43,329 nt of DNA from an uncultured Patescibacteria group bacterium (GCA_937921305.1 CAKZSU010000007.1:1-43329), one strand, 5' to 3'. Shown: positions 7,948 through 16,881, counted from the stretch's first letter. Notes: generated by a model not told the origin, from the sequence alone. Numbers and translations: made by a program.

Positions 7948-10340
7948 CATTCGCTGTAGCCGCAGCTATAACACTTTTTGCAGGATTCCTCAAACACAAG
8001 ACTTCCCTCTCCGCATTGCGGACAAAGATCAACGGTCACCATGCGCCGATGTCCATTATCTTTCTGTGCAAGAAGCGGAAGCTGACTCGTTGATGATTCC
8101 TCGATTGCGTGAGATATAAATGAACCAACATCGTGTTTTGTCTGTCCATTTCCGGCAGAATAATGCTCTTGCTCTGATTGGAATTTCGCAAAAAATCCAA
8201 AATGGCGATCGATCACTTTTGCTACTGCATCTGGCAAACTTCGTACTCGATTTTCACCAAATCCCAACGATCGTGCACCACCAATACCCATAAGTTCCGA
8301 TGCAATTTTTTTTGCTCGTTCCACTGCTGGAATCGTAGATGCCATGCGAAGCGTAAGCGAGATCAAACGACCAAGGGCTTCCGCCATAGCTGTCACATCA
8401 CTTCCTGCTTTTCCCACGTTAATAAACATTTCAAGTGGTTGATTTCCACCATTCGTATTAATCGTAATGAATGCTTGTCCAACAGGTGTTGATACTTGAT
8501 ATGTAGAACCATGAACAACCATGGGCCTCGGCTTAACTTCTGGTATTTCTTGTTTCTTTTCTTCTTCTTTTTTTTCATCTATACGCTCAAGCACACCTTG
8601 TCGACTTCCCTCGCGCATGTATGTAATGCCTTTGCATCCTAAGTCGTATGCAAGCGTATAAAGTTTTTTTACATCTTCCACAGTGTGTGTTCTTGGCGCG
8701 TTGACCGTTTTTGAAATTGACGCGTCCACATATTTCTGAATCGTCGCTTGTACATAGACATGATCTTCTGGCGTTAAATCATTTGCCGATACAAACCACT
8801 CTGGACGATCTTCTTTCAATGGCTCTCGTCCATACTCTTTTTTAAATTGGGTATACCATTGTTCATACAATGGATGACGAAGGATATGCTCTCCAAGGCG
8901 AGACCGCCGAATAAATTCAAATTCATAGACCGGCTCTATTCCCGATGAAACCCCAGCAAGAAGTGAGGTCGTTCCTGTGGGTGCTTGCTGCAAAATAACA
9001 CTATTTCGAATACCATGCTTTTTAATTTTTTTCTTAATATCATCAGGTAACTGACTCACAAAATAGCCTTCTACATATTTTTTACTATCAATCTTTGGAA
9101 ATGGTCCTCGTTCAACACCTAAATCCGCTGACGCTTCATATGCTGCATCTCGAATTGTAGAATAAATTTTATCAATAACTGGCAAGCTTTCTTTTGATCC
9201 ATATCGAAGACGCATTTTAATAAGTGCGTCACCAAGCCCCATTGTTCCTAACCCAATACGCCTCTCTCCTTCTAATTGAACTTTACGAATTTCATCAAAC
9301 ACATAAAAATCTAAATCAATGACATTATCTTGGAATCGTACTCCTATCTTTGCAATCTCAGCAAGGCGTTTATAATTCATTTCTCCTTTATCATTCACAA
9401 GTGCTGCAAGATTAATGGAACACAAGTTGCAAACTCCCCAATTTGGCAACCCTTCTTCTCCGCACGGATTCACGCAGTTCACATATTCCCAGTAATAATT
9501 GTTAAACCACTTATTATACCGCTCCATAAATACAACGCCCGGTTCAGCGCTTCGCCATGCAGCCTCAGCGATAAGGTCCCACAGTTTTCGAGCTTTAATC
9601 GTTTTGAAAACAATCGGTTTCTTTCCCAACGCAAGCCAATTTGGCAAATATCCATCCCACTTTGTGTCATAATCAGGATCGTTTTTGTCAGGAAATACTA
9701 AATCCCAATCCGTGTCGTGCTTCACTGCGTCCATGAACGCGTCGGACACACAAACAGATAAATTCGCGCCGTTGATCCTTGTCAAATCTTGTTTGACTGT
9801 AATGAACTCTTCAACATCCGGATGCCAATCCCACAACATGAGCATCAATGCGCCGCGACGAGATCCTCCTTGTTGAATAATATCTTTCGTCGCGACAGAA
9901 AATAACTCAGCCCAATTGCACGGACCAGATGAGAATCCATTTACTTTTGAAACACGGGATCCTCGCGGACGAAGACTCGATAAGTTAATCCCAACTCCTC
10001 CTCCTCGAGACATAATTTCCACCATTTGTGTCAATGTTTTCAAAATTCCGCCCCGAGAATCATGCGGACTTGGAATAACAAAACAGTTGTAATACGTAAC
10101 CTTAAATCCTGTTCCAGCACCAGCTAAAATTCTCCCGCCGGGAACAAAGACAAAATCTCGCATCGCGTCATAAAATTTCTCTTCCCAGTATGCTCGCTTA
10201 TCTCTTTGCTCCACTTGCGCTACAGCCTTCGCGACGCGTCGCCACATTTCCTCGGGTGTTTGCTCAATTGGTTTTCCTTGTTCATCTTTTAATGCATATC
10301 GATCAAGAAACACTTGTTTTCGAATATCTGTCAATTCCAT
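7944..10340 (-). CDS. nrdJ: Class II (adenosylcobalamin-dependent) ribonucleotide reductase NrdJ with C-terminal Cys-rich zinc ribbon
   Basis: VNPCGEEGLPNWGVCNLCSINL active-site region and YYNCFV. C-terminal CPQCGEGSLVFEESCKKCYSCGYSEC. I chose the ATG at 10340 (MELTDIRK...) because AAAGGAGG lies 4 nt upstream. The track start at 10367 is 9 codons further up. Confidence 0.9.
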   Translation of the reverse strand: MELTDIRKQVFLDRYALKDEQGKPIEQTPEEMWRRVAKAVAQVEQRDKRAYWEEKFYDAMRDFVFVPGGRILAGAGTGFKVTYYNCFVIPSPHDSRGGILKTLTQMVEIMSRGGGVGINLSSLRPRGSRVSKVNGFSSGPCNWAELFSVATKDIIQQGGSRRGALMLMLWDWHPDVEEFITVKQDLTRINGANLSVCVSDAFMDAVKHDTDWDLVFPDKNDPDYDTKWDGYLPNWLALGKKPIVFKTIKARKLWDLIAEAAWRSAEPGVVFMERYNKWFNNYYWEYVNCVNPCGEEGLPNWGVCNLCSINLAALVNDKGEMNYKRLAEIAKIGVRFQDNVIDLDFYVFDEIRKVQLEGERRIGLGTMGLGDALIKMRLRYGSKESLPVIDKIYSTIRDAAYEASADLGVERGPFPKIDSKKYVEGYFVSQLPDDIKKKIKKHGIRNSVILQQAPTGTTSLLAGVSSGIEPVYEFEFIRRSRLGEHILRHPLYEQWYTQFKKEYGREPLKEDRPEWFVSANDLTPEDHVYVQATIQKYVDASISKTVNAPRTHTVEDVKKLYTLAYDLGCKGITYMREGSRQGVLERIDEKKEEEKKQEIPEVKPRPMVVHGSTYQVSTPVGQAFITINTNGGNQPLEMFINVGKAGSDVTAMAEALGRLISLTLRMASTIPAVERAKKIASELMGIGGARSLGFGENRVRSLPDAVAKVIDRHFGFFAKFQSEQEHYSAGNGQTKHDVGSFISHAIEESSTSQLPLLAQKDNGHRRMVTVDLCPQCGEGSLVFEESCKKCYSCGYSEC

Positions 10341-10440
10341 AAAACCTCCTTTGCGATAACTATCCACAAAATGAGTAATAGATAGTAGTGTTCCATAGGA
10401 TTACTTTTCTTTCTTTTGGTTTTTCAAACTTTCTCTTAAA

Positions 10441-10494
10441 TCCTGACACATTCAGAATGACAAAGAAATTGTCATGCTACGTATGTTCAGGATC
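10441..10494. repeat. Inverted pair of a short hairpin repeat unit (consensus roughly GTCAT-N-CTGA-N5-9-TTCAG-R-ATC), REP-like
   Basis: TCCTGACACATTCAGAATGACAA (10441-10463) and TTGTCATGCTACGTATGTTCAGGATC (10469-10494) are imperfect reverse complements: 7 bp at each end plus an ACAT/ATGT core. A third copy lies at 19763-19788 and a partial copy (AATTCTGAAATAATC) at about 10537-10551. Confidence 0.6.
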
Positions 10495-10600
10495 TAGAAA
10501 TGGTTTAAAACAGCCTTTGTTTCTTTGTTTCTGCTTAAATTCTGAAATAATCTCAAAAAACAGAAAATAAGAAAACTCATAACTCATAAATACACAATAC

Positions 10601-11047
10601 TCACAACAACTTTTTAATTTCTTTTTCAAAATCCTCTATATCAACAAATCGTCGAAACACGCTTGCGAATCGAATATACGCTATTTTGTCAAGTTTTTTA
10701 ATTCGCTTCGCAACCATTTCTCCAATTTGTTGACTCGGAATTTCTGTCGAATCGCAGCCAATCAATTCTTTTTCCACTTCGTCAACAATCGCGTCGATTT
10801 GTTGCATCGTAAGCGTCGTCTTTCCACTTGCTTTCAAAATGCCTCGCTTTAATTTCTCTCTGTCAAACGGCTCCCTCCGTTGATCCTTTTTTATAACCGT
10901 CAATGGCACATGTTCAACTCGTTCATAGGTTGTAAATCGTTTTGAACATTTTATGCATACTCGCCGTCTTCTCGTAACGGACAAATTATTGCTATCTCGT
11001 GTTTCAATGACATCTGTTTCTTCATGAGAACAATAAGGACATTTCAT
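10601..11047 (-). CDS. nrdR: Transcriptional repressor NrdR (zinc ribbon + ATP-cone)
   Basis: MKCPYCSHEETDVIETRDS...RRRRVCIKCSKRFTTYE zinc ribbon followed by an ATP-cone. 148 aa. It lies upstream of nrdJ on the same strand. Confidence 0.92.
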   Translation of the reverse strand: MKCPYCSHEETDVIETRDSNNLSVTRRRRVCIKCSKRFTTYERVEHVPLTVIKKDQRREPFDREKLKRGILKASGKTTLTMQQIDAIVDEVEKELIGCDSTEIPSQQIGEMVAKRIKKLDKIAYIRFASVFRRFVDIEDFEKEIKKLL

Positions 11048-11072
11048 GAATAGTTCAAATTACGCTATATAT

Positions 11073-11088
11073 ATGGTATAAATACCAT
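11073..11088. promoter_or_regulatory. 16-bp palindrome ATGGTATAAATACCAT upstream of nrdR (possible operator; only partial resemblance to the NrdR box)
   Basis: Perfect 7-bp arms ATGGTAT/ATACCAT with a 2-nt centre, 26-41 nt upstream of the nrdR ATG. It matches the size and AT-rich centre of the 16-bp NrdR box, but the outer ACAC/GTGT positions are not matched. Confidence 0.25.
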
Positions 11089-11164
11089 ACGATACGCAAT
11101 ATAAATAGTCAACTATTATGAAATGGATCAAACTATACAACGCTTTGCGGAAATGAAAATCTAT

Positions 11165-11761
11165 TTATCGCAACGACCCTACCTCGCCTTGCAGCTTCTG
11201 AAGAATGTCAATCGCTTCCTTTGTCTCAATTTTACTTTCGATATCTTGCAAAACTTCAATGTGTTTGTCTATGGCATTAATAATCCGATCGATAGATCCA
11301 CTTGATACTGTTTTCCCAGATTGCTTCATCGACGAAAGCTGACTTACCGCTTGACGCATTTTCTCGGAGGATCTTTTGATAGCTTCTTTGGTTTTGTCTT
11401 GATTATTTTTCTCCAATAAACTCACCGCCGCATTCAATAATTTATCTGATTGAAGCAAATAAAATTCTGATTTTCTCTCTGGATCGACAATTAATGCCTC
11501 GATAATTTTATCTCGAAATTCTTTTAAGGGATAGAGCGGATGATCTGGAAGAATTCCGGGGTATGGCAAAACATAATCAGACTTTCTTCTTGCAACATCG
11601 CTGCTCGTCGGTTCTTCACTTTCGCTTCTGCTAATGTCGCTTAAATATGATATTAGATGAGAAGTTTCCCCCTTTTTTTCTTCGGAAAAGACTGATGAAG
11701 GATTATTAATTACCAATAAGATTGCAAGCACAAGAATGATGAATTGACAATGTATTTTCAT
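11165..11761 (-). CDS. Secreted hypothetical protein, DUF5667-like
   Basis: N-terminal signal peptide (MKIHCQFIILVLAILLVINNPSSVFS). The LPYPGILPDHPLYPLKEFRDKI motif resembles the DUF5667 signature common in CPR secreted proteins. The rest is predicted helical. Confidence 0.6.
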   Translation of the reverse strand: MKIHCQFIILVLAILLVINNPSSVFSEEKKGETSHLISYLSDISRSESEEPTSSDVARRKSDYVLPYPGILPDHPLYPLKEFRDKIIEALIVDPERKSEFYLLQSDKLLNAAVSLLEKNNQDKTKEAIKRSSEKMRQAVSQLSSMKQSGKTVSSGSIDRIINAIDKHIEVLQDIESKIETKEAIDILQKLQGEVGSLR

Positions 11762-11822
11762 ACAATCATCATACTAATATGATAAGCATTTTTTCAACAC
11801 TAATACAATATTCATAATTTGT

Positions 11823-11843
11823 AATGAATTCATTGAATTCATT
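11823..11843. repeat. Perfect 12-bp palindrome AATGAATTCATT followed by a second GAATTCATT (tandem TGAATTCAT x2)
   Basis: Read directly: 11823-11834 is its own reverse complement, and TGAATTCAT recurs at 11825-11833 and 11834-11842. It is followed by T-runs. Confidence 0.7.
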
Positions 11844-11988
11844 ATTTTTTAGAATTTTTTATTTATTAATCTTTATAAATTTTTTAAAAATAAAAATACG
11901 CAATACGTATATTTTCATATTTTATAGTAATAAATAATATATATCTATAATTTTTTATATAAGAGAGTATGAAAGAAAAGTAATTTTA

Positions 11989-12016
11989 TTTTTTTGAAAT
12001 TCTTTTTTTGAAATTC
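11989..12016. repeat. Perfect tandem direct repeat, 2 x 14 bp (TTTTTTTGAAATTC)
   Basis: 11989-12002 and 12003-12016 are identical. They sit in the 440-bp intergenic region upstream of the antiporter gene. Confidence 0.75.
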
Positions 12017-12202
12017 CTACAGATGAGAAAAAGACAAAACTTAAAATATAGATAGATGATTGTTAGTTTTTTATACTCTATAATAAGAGTTTTTCCAAAT
12101 AGGGATAAAAGAGGGCTAATTTATAAATTTTAATTAATTTTTTTATTAGTTAATTTTAAGTTATTTTCAACGTGTAGATCATAACGCGTCTGGATAAAAT
12201 TT

Positions 12203-13627
12203 ATGATTGAATTGATACATTGTATAAAAAGAGGCTTGTTATCTCTGATGTTTATACAGGGAATTTTGATACTATTCTTTTTCCTTTTTTCTCAAAAAAT
12301 TTTTGCCGCAACTGAAACGCAAGAGCACTCAACTACCACTTTTGGCGTTTCGTTAGTCTTATTAGGAACACTTCTCTTATTTGGGAAAATATTTAATATT
12401 GTAGAAAAATTTAAACAACCCATCGTCTTAGGAGAGCTCATAGCTGGTATAATACTAGGAAACCTTATTTATCTAGGCATTTCTTCGTTCGAGGGAATAC
12501 GAGAAAACACAATTATTCACTTTCTCTCTGAACTTGGCGTTGTCATTCTTCTCTTTCAAATAGGATTGGAATCAAATATAAAAGAAATGAAAAAAGTCGG
12601 CGTAGCATCACTCCTTGTAGCAATCATAGGGGTAATCACGCCGTTTCTTCTCGGCGCGTTTGTGGTTGGACCCTTTATTCTCCCTCATCAACATCCAAAT
12701 GCGTACATTTTCTTGGGAGCCGCGCTCACCGCCACATCTGTTGGAATTACTGCGCGAGTGTTCAAAGATATCGGGAAAATGCAAACAAAAGAAGCAAAAC
12801 TTGTTCTTGGAGCCGCTGTTATTGATGATATTTTGGGTCTTATTATTCTCGCTGTAGTAACTGCATTGGTAAAAGAAGGGAATGTTTCAATATCTTCAAT
12901 TATTAGCATAATAGCAAAAGCCATCGCATTTCTTGCCGCGTCTATTTTGCTTGGTGATTTTCTTGCAAAGCGAATTGGCGATCTCTTCTCAAAAATCCAT
13001 TCCGGCGTCGGAATGAAGTTCACCATCGCATTATTCTTTTGTTTAATTTATTCATTCTTGGCAGAACAAATTGGTCTCGCTCCAATTATTGGCGCTTTCG
13101 CCGCCGGACTCGTGCTTGATCCAGTCCAATTTAAATCATTTGATTATTCAAGCGCAATAAAAGATGTCGAGTCGCTAGCAAAGTCTGCAAACAGCGCATT
13201 GAAACATAAATTAGACGAATTTATTGAGCATCATAAACATAAACATATCGAAGATATTGTTGAATCATTGGGATTTTTCGTTATTCCGCTGTTTTTCATT
13301 TACACAGGCTTCACCGTTGATCTCAAAGTGCTTTTTGATCCGCAAGTACTAATGTTAGGCGTCACGATTACCGTTGTCGCGTTTATTTCAAAAATGATCT
13401 CAGGCATCGCCGCCGGAAAAGATGTCGATAAACTCCTTGTGGGGTTAAGTATGACTCCTCGAGGAGAAGTCGGCATTATTTTCGCGACAATCGGACGAAC
13501 ACTTGGCGTGCTTGACGATAAAATCTTCTCCGTGATCGTTGTCGTCGTAATCTTGACAACAATCATCGCTCCAAGCTTAATCCTACAACGACTAAAAAGA
13601 ACTGAAGGAAAACAATACGCTACATAA
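12203..13627 (+). CDS. Cation:proton antiporter, CPA2 family (Kef/NapA-like, no KTN domain)
   Basis: 474 aa and about 12 TM helices. Motifs GELIAGIILGN and LLFQIGLES are typical of the Na_H_Exchanger family. N-terminal signal-like segment. Confidence 0.8.
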   Translation: MIELIHCIKRGLLSLMFIQGILILFFFLFSQKIFAATETQEHSTTTFGVSLVLLGTLLLFGKIFNIVEKFKQPIVLGELIAGIILGNLIYLGISSFEGIRENTIIHFLSELGVVILLFQIGLESNIKEMKKVGVASLLVAIIGVITPFLLGAFVVGPFILPHQHPNAYIFLGAALTATSVGITARVFKDIGKMQTKEAKLVLGAAVIDDILGLIILAVVTALVKEGNVSISSIISIIAKAIAFLAASILLGDFLAKRIGDLFSKIHSGVGMKFTIALFFCLIYSFLAEQIGLAPIIGAFAAGLVLDPVQFKSFDYSSAIKDVESLAKSANSALKHKLDEFIEHHKHKHIEDIVESLGFFVIPLFFIYTGFTVDLKVLFDPQVLMLGVTITVVAFISKMISGIAAGKDVDKLLVGLSMTPRGEVGIIFATIGRTLGVLDDKIFSVIVVVVILTTIIAPSLILQRLKRTEGKQYAT

Positions 13628-14132
13628 GAAGAGAAATTTCCTGTTCCAACGCTTTTACCAAGGGGTAAACCCGCCGAAGCATAGCCTTTTCCGAACCTGG
13701 AAGATCACCCTCTGACAACCACAACGAAAATCTTTCATCCACCCCAATAACATCTTGCTTCACCATTTTATCTGATAAAAACAACAATTTTTCTTCCCAT
13801 GTTTTCGGAGCTGTCTTTGAATCTTCTATGTATTGGACGCTATGGTATTGAATAAGATCGGCAACTTCATCCATGCCGCGTTCACGCAACACTCGAACAC
13901 CGGTTTGCGGATGCTTCTCGCCGGGAATTCTTGATATCGTCTTGTCAATATCATGCAACAAGCATCCAGCAAGAAGAAGCGGAAGATGTATTTTGATTTC
14001 AGGATGATTTTTCATAATCGTGTTTGCAATGAATAGCGCGTGATCCGCAACCCGTTGAGAATGAATCCGTTTTTTTTCTGGAAGATGATAAATATCCCAC
14101 AACGCTTTCGCTTGTTCTTCTGTTGGAATCAT
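13620..14132 (-). CDS. HD-domain metal-dependent phosphohydrolase
   Basis: H...HD motif (RVADHALF...CLLHDIDK). 170 aa. ATGA overlap with the upstream kinase-like gene (14129-14132). Confidence 0.8.
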   Translation of the reverse strand: MIPTEEQAKALWDIYHLPEKKRIHSQRVADHALFIANTIMKNHPEIKIHLPLLLAGCLLHDIDKTISRIPGEKHPQTGVRVLRERGMDEVADLIQYHSVQYIEDSKTAPKTWEEKLLFLSDKMVKQDVIGVDERFSLWLSEGDLPGSEKAMLRRVYPLVKALEQEISLLM

Positions 14133-14743
14133 GCCGTGTGTCCATTTAAATATCCAATCGCTTGAAGCACAATATTTAAAGTTTCTTTTGGACCATTGGA
14201 GTAGGTATTAATAACAACATCATAATACTTTGGATCCCAAAAATCAGACACGCCATACATTCGGTTCCATTTTTCCATATTAACTTGCTCTCGCTCTCGA
14301 AGATGCGTTTTTGCTTCTTCGACGGTCAAATTATCCCGATTCACCACACGATCTATCCGCAACGCTTCATCGCACAGAAGCAATACTTTTAGCACATGAG
14401 GCAACGCTCGCATATTCCATCCCGCAATCCACGATTCGACCGCAACATGAACATTCGGATCAGAGAGTTTTTGACGCATTGCGCCGTCTATCTGATGATC
14501 GATATCATCGCCATAATCCGTCGCTTTGTGATGACGCGGATCGTTTGGATCATGATTGCCACTTGCGATAGCGAATTGTCTTGCCCATTCGCCGCCAGAA
14601 AATGTTTCCCACCCCAGCGATTCTACAATTGGCTTAAGATTTCGAAGAAGTGTTGATCTTCCAGCTCCTGGGGGCCCAGAAATTGCGATGCTTGAATACT
14701 TTAACTTCTTTGGATTGGTAGCATTGGGTATATCCATAGACAT
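14129..14743 (-). CDS. P-loop nucleoside/nucleotide kinase, cytidylate-kinase-like
   Basis: Walker A ISGPPGAGRSTLLRNL near the N-terminus. Size and layout match the (d)CMP kinase-like family. Confidence 0.65.
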   Translation of the reverse strand: MSMDIPNATNPKKLKYSSIAISGPPGAGRSTLLRNLKPIVESLGWETFSGGEWARQFAIASGNHDPNDPRHHKATDYGDDIDHQIDGAMRQKLSDPNVHVAVESWIAGWNMRALPHVLKVLLLCDEALRIDRVVNRDNLTVEEAKTHLREREQVNMEKWNRMYGVSDFWDPKYYDVVINTYSNGPKETLNIVLQAIGYLNGHTA

Positions 14744-14757
14744 ATTATAGATAGATC

Positions 14758-14786
14758 TTGACTTTCGTCAATAGAAAACCCATAAT
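14758..14786 (+). promoter_or_regulatory. Sigma70-like promoter TTGACT-17 nt-CATAAT, ending 5 nt before the gpt-like ATG (leaderless candidate)
   Basis: TTGACT at 14758-14763, a 17-nt spacer, CATAAT at 14781-14786, then ATATT and the ATG at 14792. No purine-rich SD. Confidence 0.5.
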
Positions 14787-14791
14787 ATATT

Positions 14792-15367
14792 ATGGCTATC
14801 CAATATCACTTCATCGATTGGAACATATACACAACACACGCAAAAAAGCTTGCTTCAATACTCCTTGAGCATGATTCATCTATTCAAGAAATCATTGCCA
14901 TTTCTCGTGGCGGACTTACCTTTGGACACCTATTGTCTGATTTACTTCAGGTTCCAATCTGGACGATTGCAATTCAAAGCTATACGGACATCCAACAACA
15001 AGGAGAAGTGCAAATACTCGGAACACTTCAAACATCTATTGAACAGAAACATGTTCTCCTTATTGACGATGCTTCGGACTCTGGAAGAACATTCCAACGA
15101 GCCATCGAATATCTTACGACGCTACGTCCTCGAAAAGTCACAACGATGACAATGTTTTTAAAGCCACAATCATCATATCGCCCCGACTATTTCGCGGAAA
15201 TCACAAACGCGTGGGTTGTATTTCCGTATGAACATACCGAAATGATTCTTTTAATCACCAAACGCATGCAACAAGAAGGAAAAAAAGAATCAGACATTCA
15301 GTCATATTTACAACAAATAGGATTCGACGAACAAACAATCGCGTTTGCGTGGAAGCACCATCTATGA
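14792..15367 (+). CDS. gpt: Xanthine/hypoxanthine-guanine phosphoribosyltransferase (Gpt-like) with about 40-aa C-terminal extension
   Basis: The N-terminal half parallels E. coli Gpt as I remember it (I.W......HAKKLAS.L...IIAISRGGL..G.LLS). PRPP-binding loop VLLIDDASDSGRTF. Confidence 0.7.
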   Translation: MAIQYHFIDWNIYTTHAKKLASILLEHDSSIQEIIAISRGGLTFGHLLSDLLQVPIWTIAIQSYTDIQQQGEVQILGTLQTSIEQKHVLLIDDASDSGRTFQRAIEYLTTLRPRKVTTMTMFLKPQSSYRPDYFAEITNAWVVFPYEHTEMILLITKRMQQEGKKESDIQSYLQQIGFDEQTIAFAWKHHL

Positions 15368-16881
15368 TTATTGTTATTGATTTTGGTTCACAAACCGCGC
15401 ACCTTATCGGCAGACGACTGCGATCGCTTGGCGTTGAGACCGCTTATGTCTATCCTGAAGACGCAATGGAAACAATTCATCGCCTTCGCCCTACCGGCAT
15501 TATTCTCTCCGGCGGACCGGATTTTGTAGATGCAAAAGACGCGACAACAATTGACCCAAAGCTCTTTTCTCTCGGCATCCCGGTGCTCGGGATTTGCTAT
15601 GGATGGCAACTTATGTCATACCTCCTTGGAGGCGAAGGAAAGATTACAAGCAAAGAATACGGTCCGGAACGCGTAACAATTCACAAGCCTATTTCTATTT
15701 GTAAAGATTTTCCGCGAGAGTCTGTCGCTATTGTGTCGCATGGATACACCGTCACAAAACTTCCGCCGGGATTCCGTTGCATCGGATCAACGGAACGAGT
15801 GGAATACACCGTGGCGATTAACGAAGAACGACGGCTCTACGGCGTTCAATTTCATCCAGAGGCGCAACACACAGAATACGGCATAACGCTATTAAAAACT
15901 TTCGCATATGACATCTGTAAAGAAACACCTTCCCCTCGATCTCTTGATCCACAAAGCATAATTGCGAATATTCAACACACCGTCGGAGACGAACACGTCA
16001 TTATGGCGGTGTCAGGTGGCGTGGACTCAACCGTTGCCGCGTTTCTGATCGGCAAAGCGATTGGACATCGACTTATTCCCGTGTATGTTGATTCAGGACT
16101 CATGAGACCAGCCACAGAAGAACGCGTGAGACGAATTTTTACAGAACTCATCCACGCAACTGTCGTCATCGTTCCCGCAAAAGAACGATTCCTCAACGCG
16201 CTTCGCGGTATAACAGATCCAGAAACAAAACGAAAAACCATAGGAAAACTTTATATTGACATCTTTGAAGAAGTGGCAAAAGACCATCCAACCGCAACAT
16301 TTTTAGGACAAGGAACAATTTATTCTGATGTCATTGAATCGCAAGGATCAAAACACGCCTCGCGGATTAAATCGCATCATAATGTCGGCGGACTTCCCGA
16401 GCGCATGACATTAAAAATTATCGAGCCAATTCGATCACTTTACAAAGATGAGGTTCGAGAACTAGGAAGACTGCTTGGTATTCCCGATGAGATCCTTTTT
16501 GAACATCCATTTCCCGGACCGGGATACGCGGTGTATATTCGAGGAGAAGTTACTGAACATCGATTATTACAAGTGATTCAGACAGACACAATTCTTGTTG
16601 AAGAACTCAAAAAAGCGAATCTCTATCATCAAGCGTTCCAGTGCTTTCCTGTTATGACTGGCGCGTATTCAACGGCTGTAAAAGGCGATGAACGAGCCTT
16701 TTCTGAAGTAATCGCATTACGCATTGTTGAAACTGATGATATCATGACTGCACGATGGATGCATATTCCGCATGATATATTAGATAAGATTTCTCGAAGA
16801 ATCGTCAACGAGGTTCCAGACATCTCGCGGGTTGTATACGATATAAGCAATAAGCCACCGTCAACGATCACATGGGAGTAA
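15364..16881 (+). CDS. guaA: GMP synthase (glutamine-hydrolysing)
   Basis: GATase Cys GICYGWQLM, ATP-PPase SGGVDS and a C-terminal dimerisation domain ending ...PPSTITWE. I chose the ATG at 15364 (MIIVIDFGSQ), which forms an ATGA overlap with the gpt-like stop. Confidence 0.93.
   Translation: MIIVIDFGSQTAHLIGRRLRSLGVETAYVYPEDAMETIHRLRPTGIILSGGPDFVDAKDATTIDPKLFSLGIPVLGICYGWQLMSYLLGGEGKITSKEYGPERVTIHKPISICKDFPRESVAIVSHGYTVTKLPPGFRCIGSTERVEYTVAINEERRLYGVQFHPEAQHTEYGITLLKTFAYDICKETPSPRSLDPQSIIANIQHTVGDEHVIMAVSGGVDSTVAAFLIGKAIGHRLIPVYVDSGLMRPATEERVRRIFTELIHATVVIVPAKERFLNALRGITDPETKRKTIGKLYIDIFEEVAKDHPTATFLGQGTIYSDVIESQGSKHASRIKSHHNVGGLPERMTLKIIEPIRSLYKDEVRELGRLLGIPDEILFEHPFPGPGYAVYIRGEVTEHRLLQVIQTDTILVEELKKANLYHQAFQCFPVMTGAYSTAVKGDERAFSEVIALRIVETDDIMTARWMHIPHDILDKISRRIVNEVPDISRVVYDISNKPPSTITWE

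Noticed and set aside
7944-10340. Intein or other insertion in NrdJ.
   Set aside because: A length of about 798 aa is normal for monomeric class II reductases. The conserved blocks are contiguous, and no Cys/Ser...HN-Cys splice-junction architecture is seen.
10388-10570. A 60-aa ORF in the nrdR-nrdJ spacer.
   Set aside because: It has a non-ATG start and no SD. The sequence is the read-through translation of the hairpin repeat pair, so it is better explained as non-coding repeat DNA.
10341-10600. Cobalamin riboswitch in the nrdJ leader.
   Set aside because: No B12-box-like core is visible. The region is dominated by the hairpin repeat pair. B12-dependent reductases are not the usual targets of that riboswitch.
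11762-12202. Chromosomal replication origin in the AT-rich block.
   Set aside because: I found no cluster of DnaA boxes. The only near-matches are one partial TGGATAA and a single TATCCACA elsewhere, near 10362. There is no dnaA/dnaN nearby, so it cannot be supported from this window.
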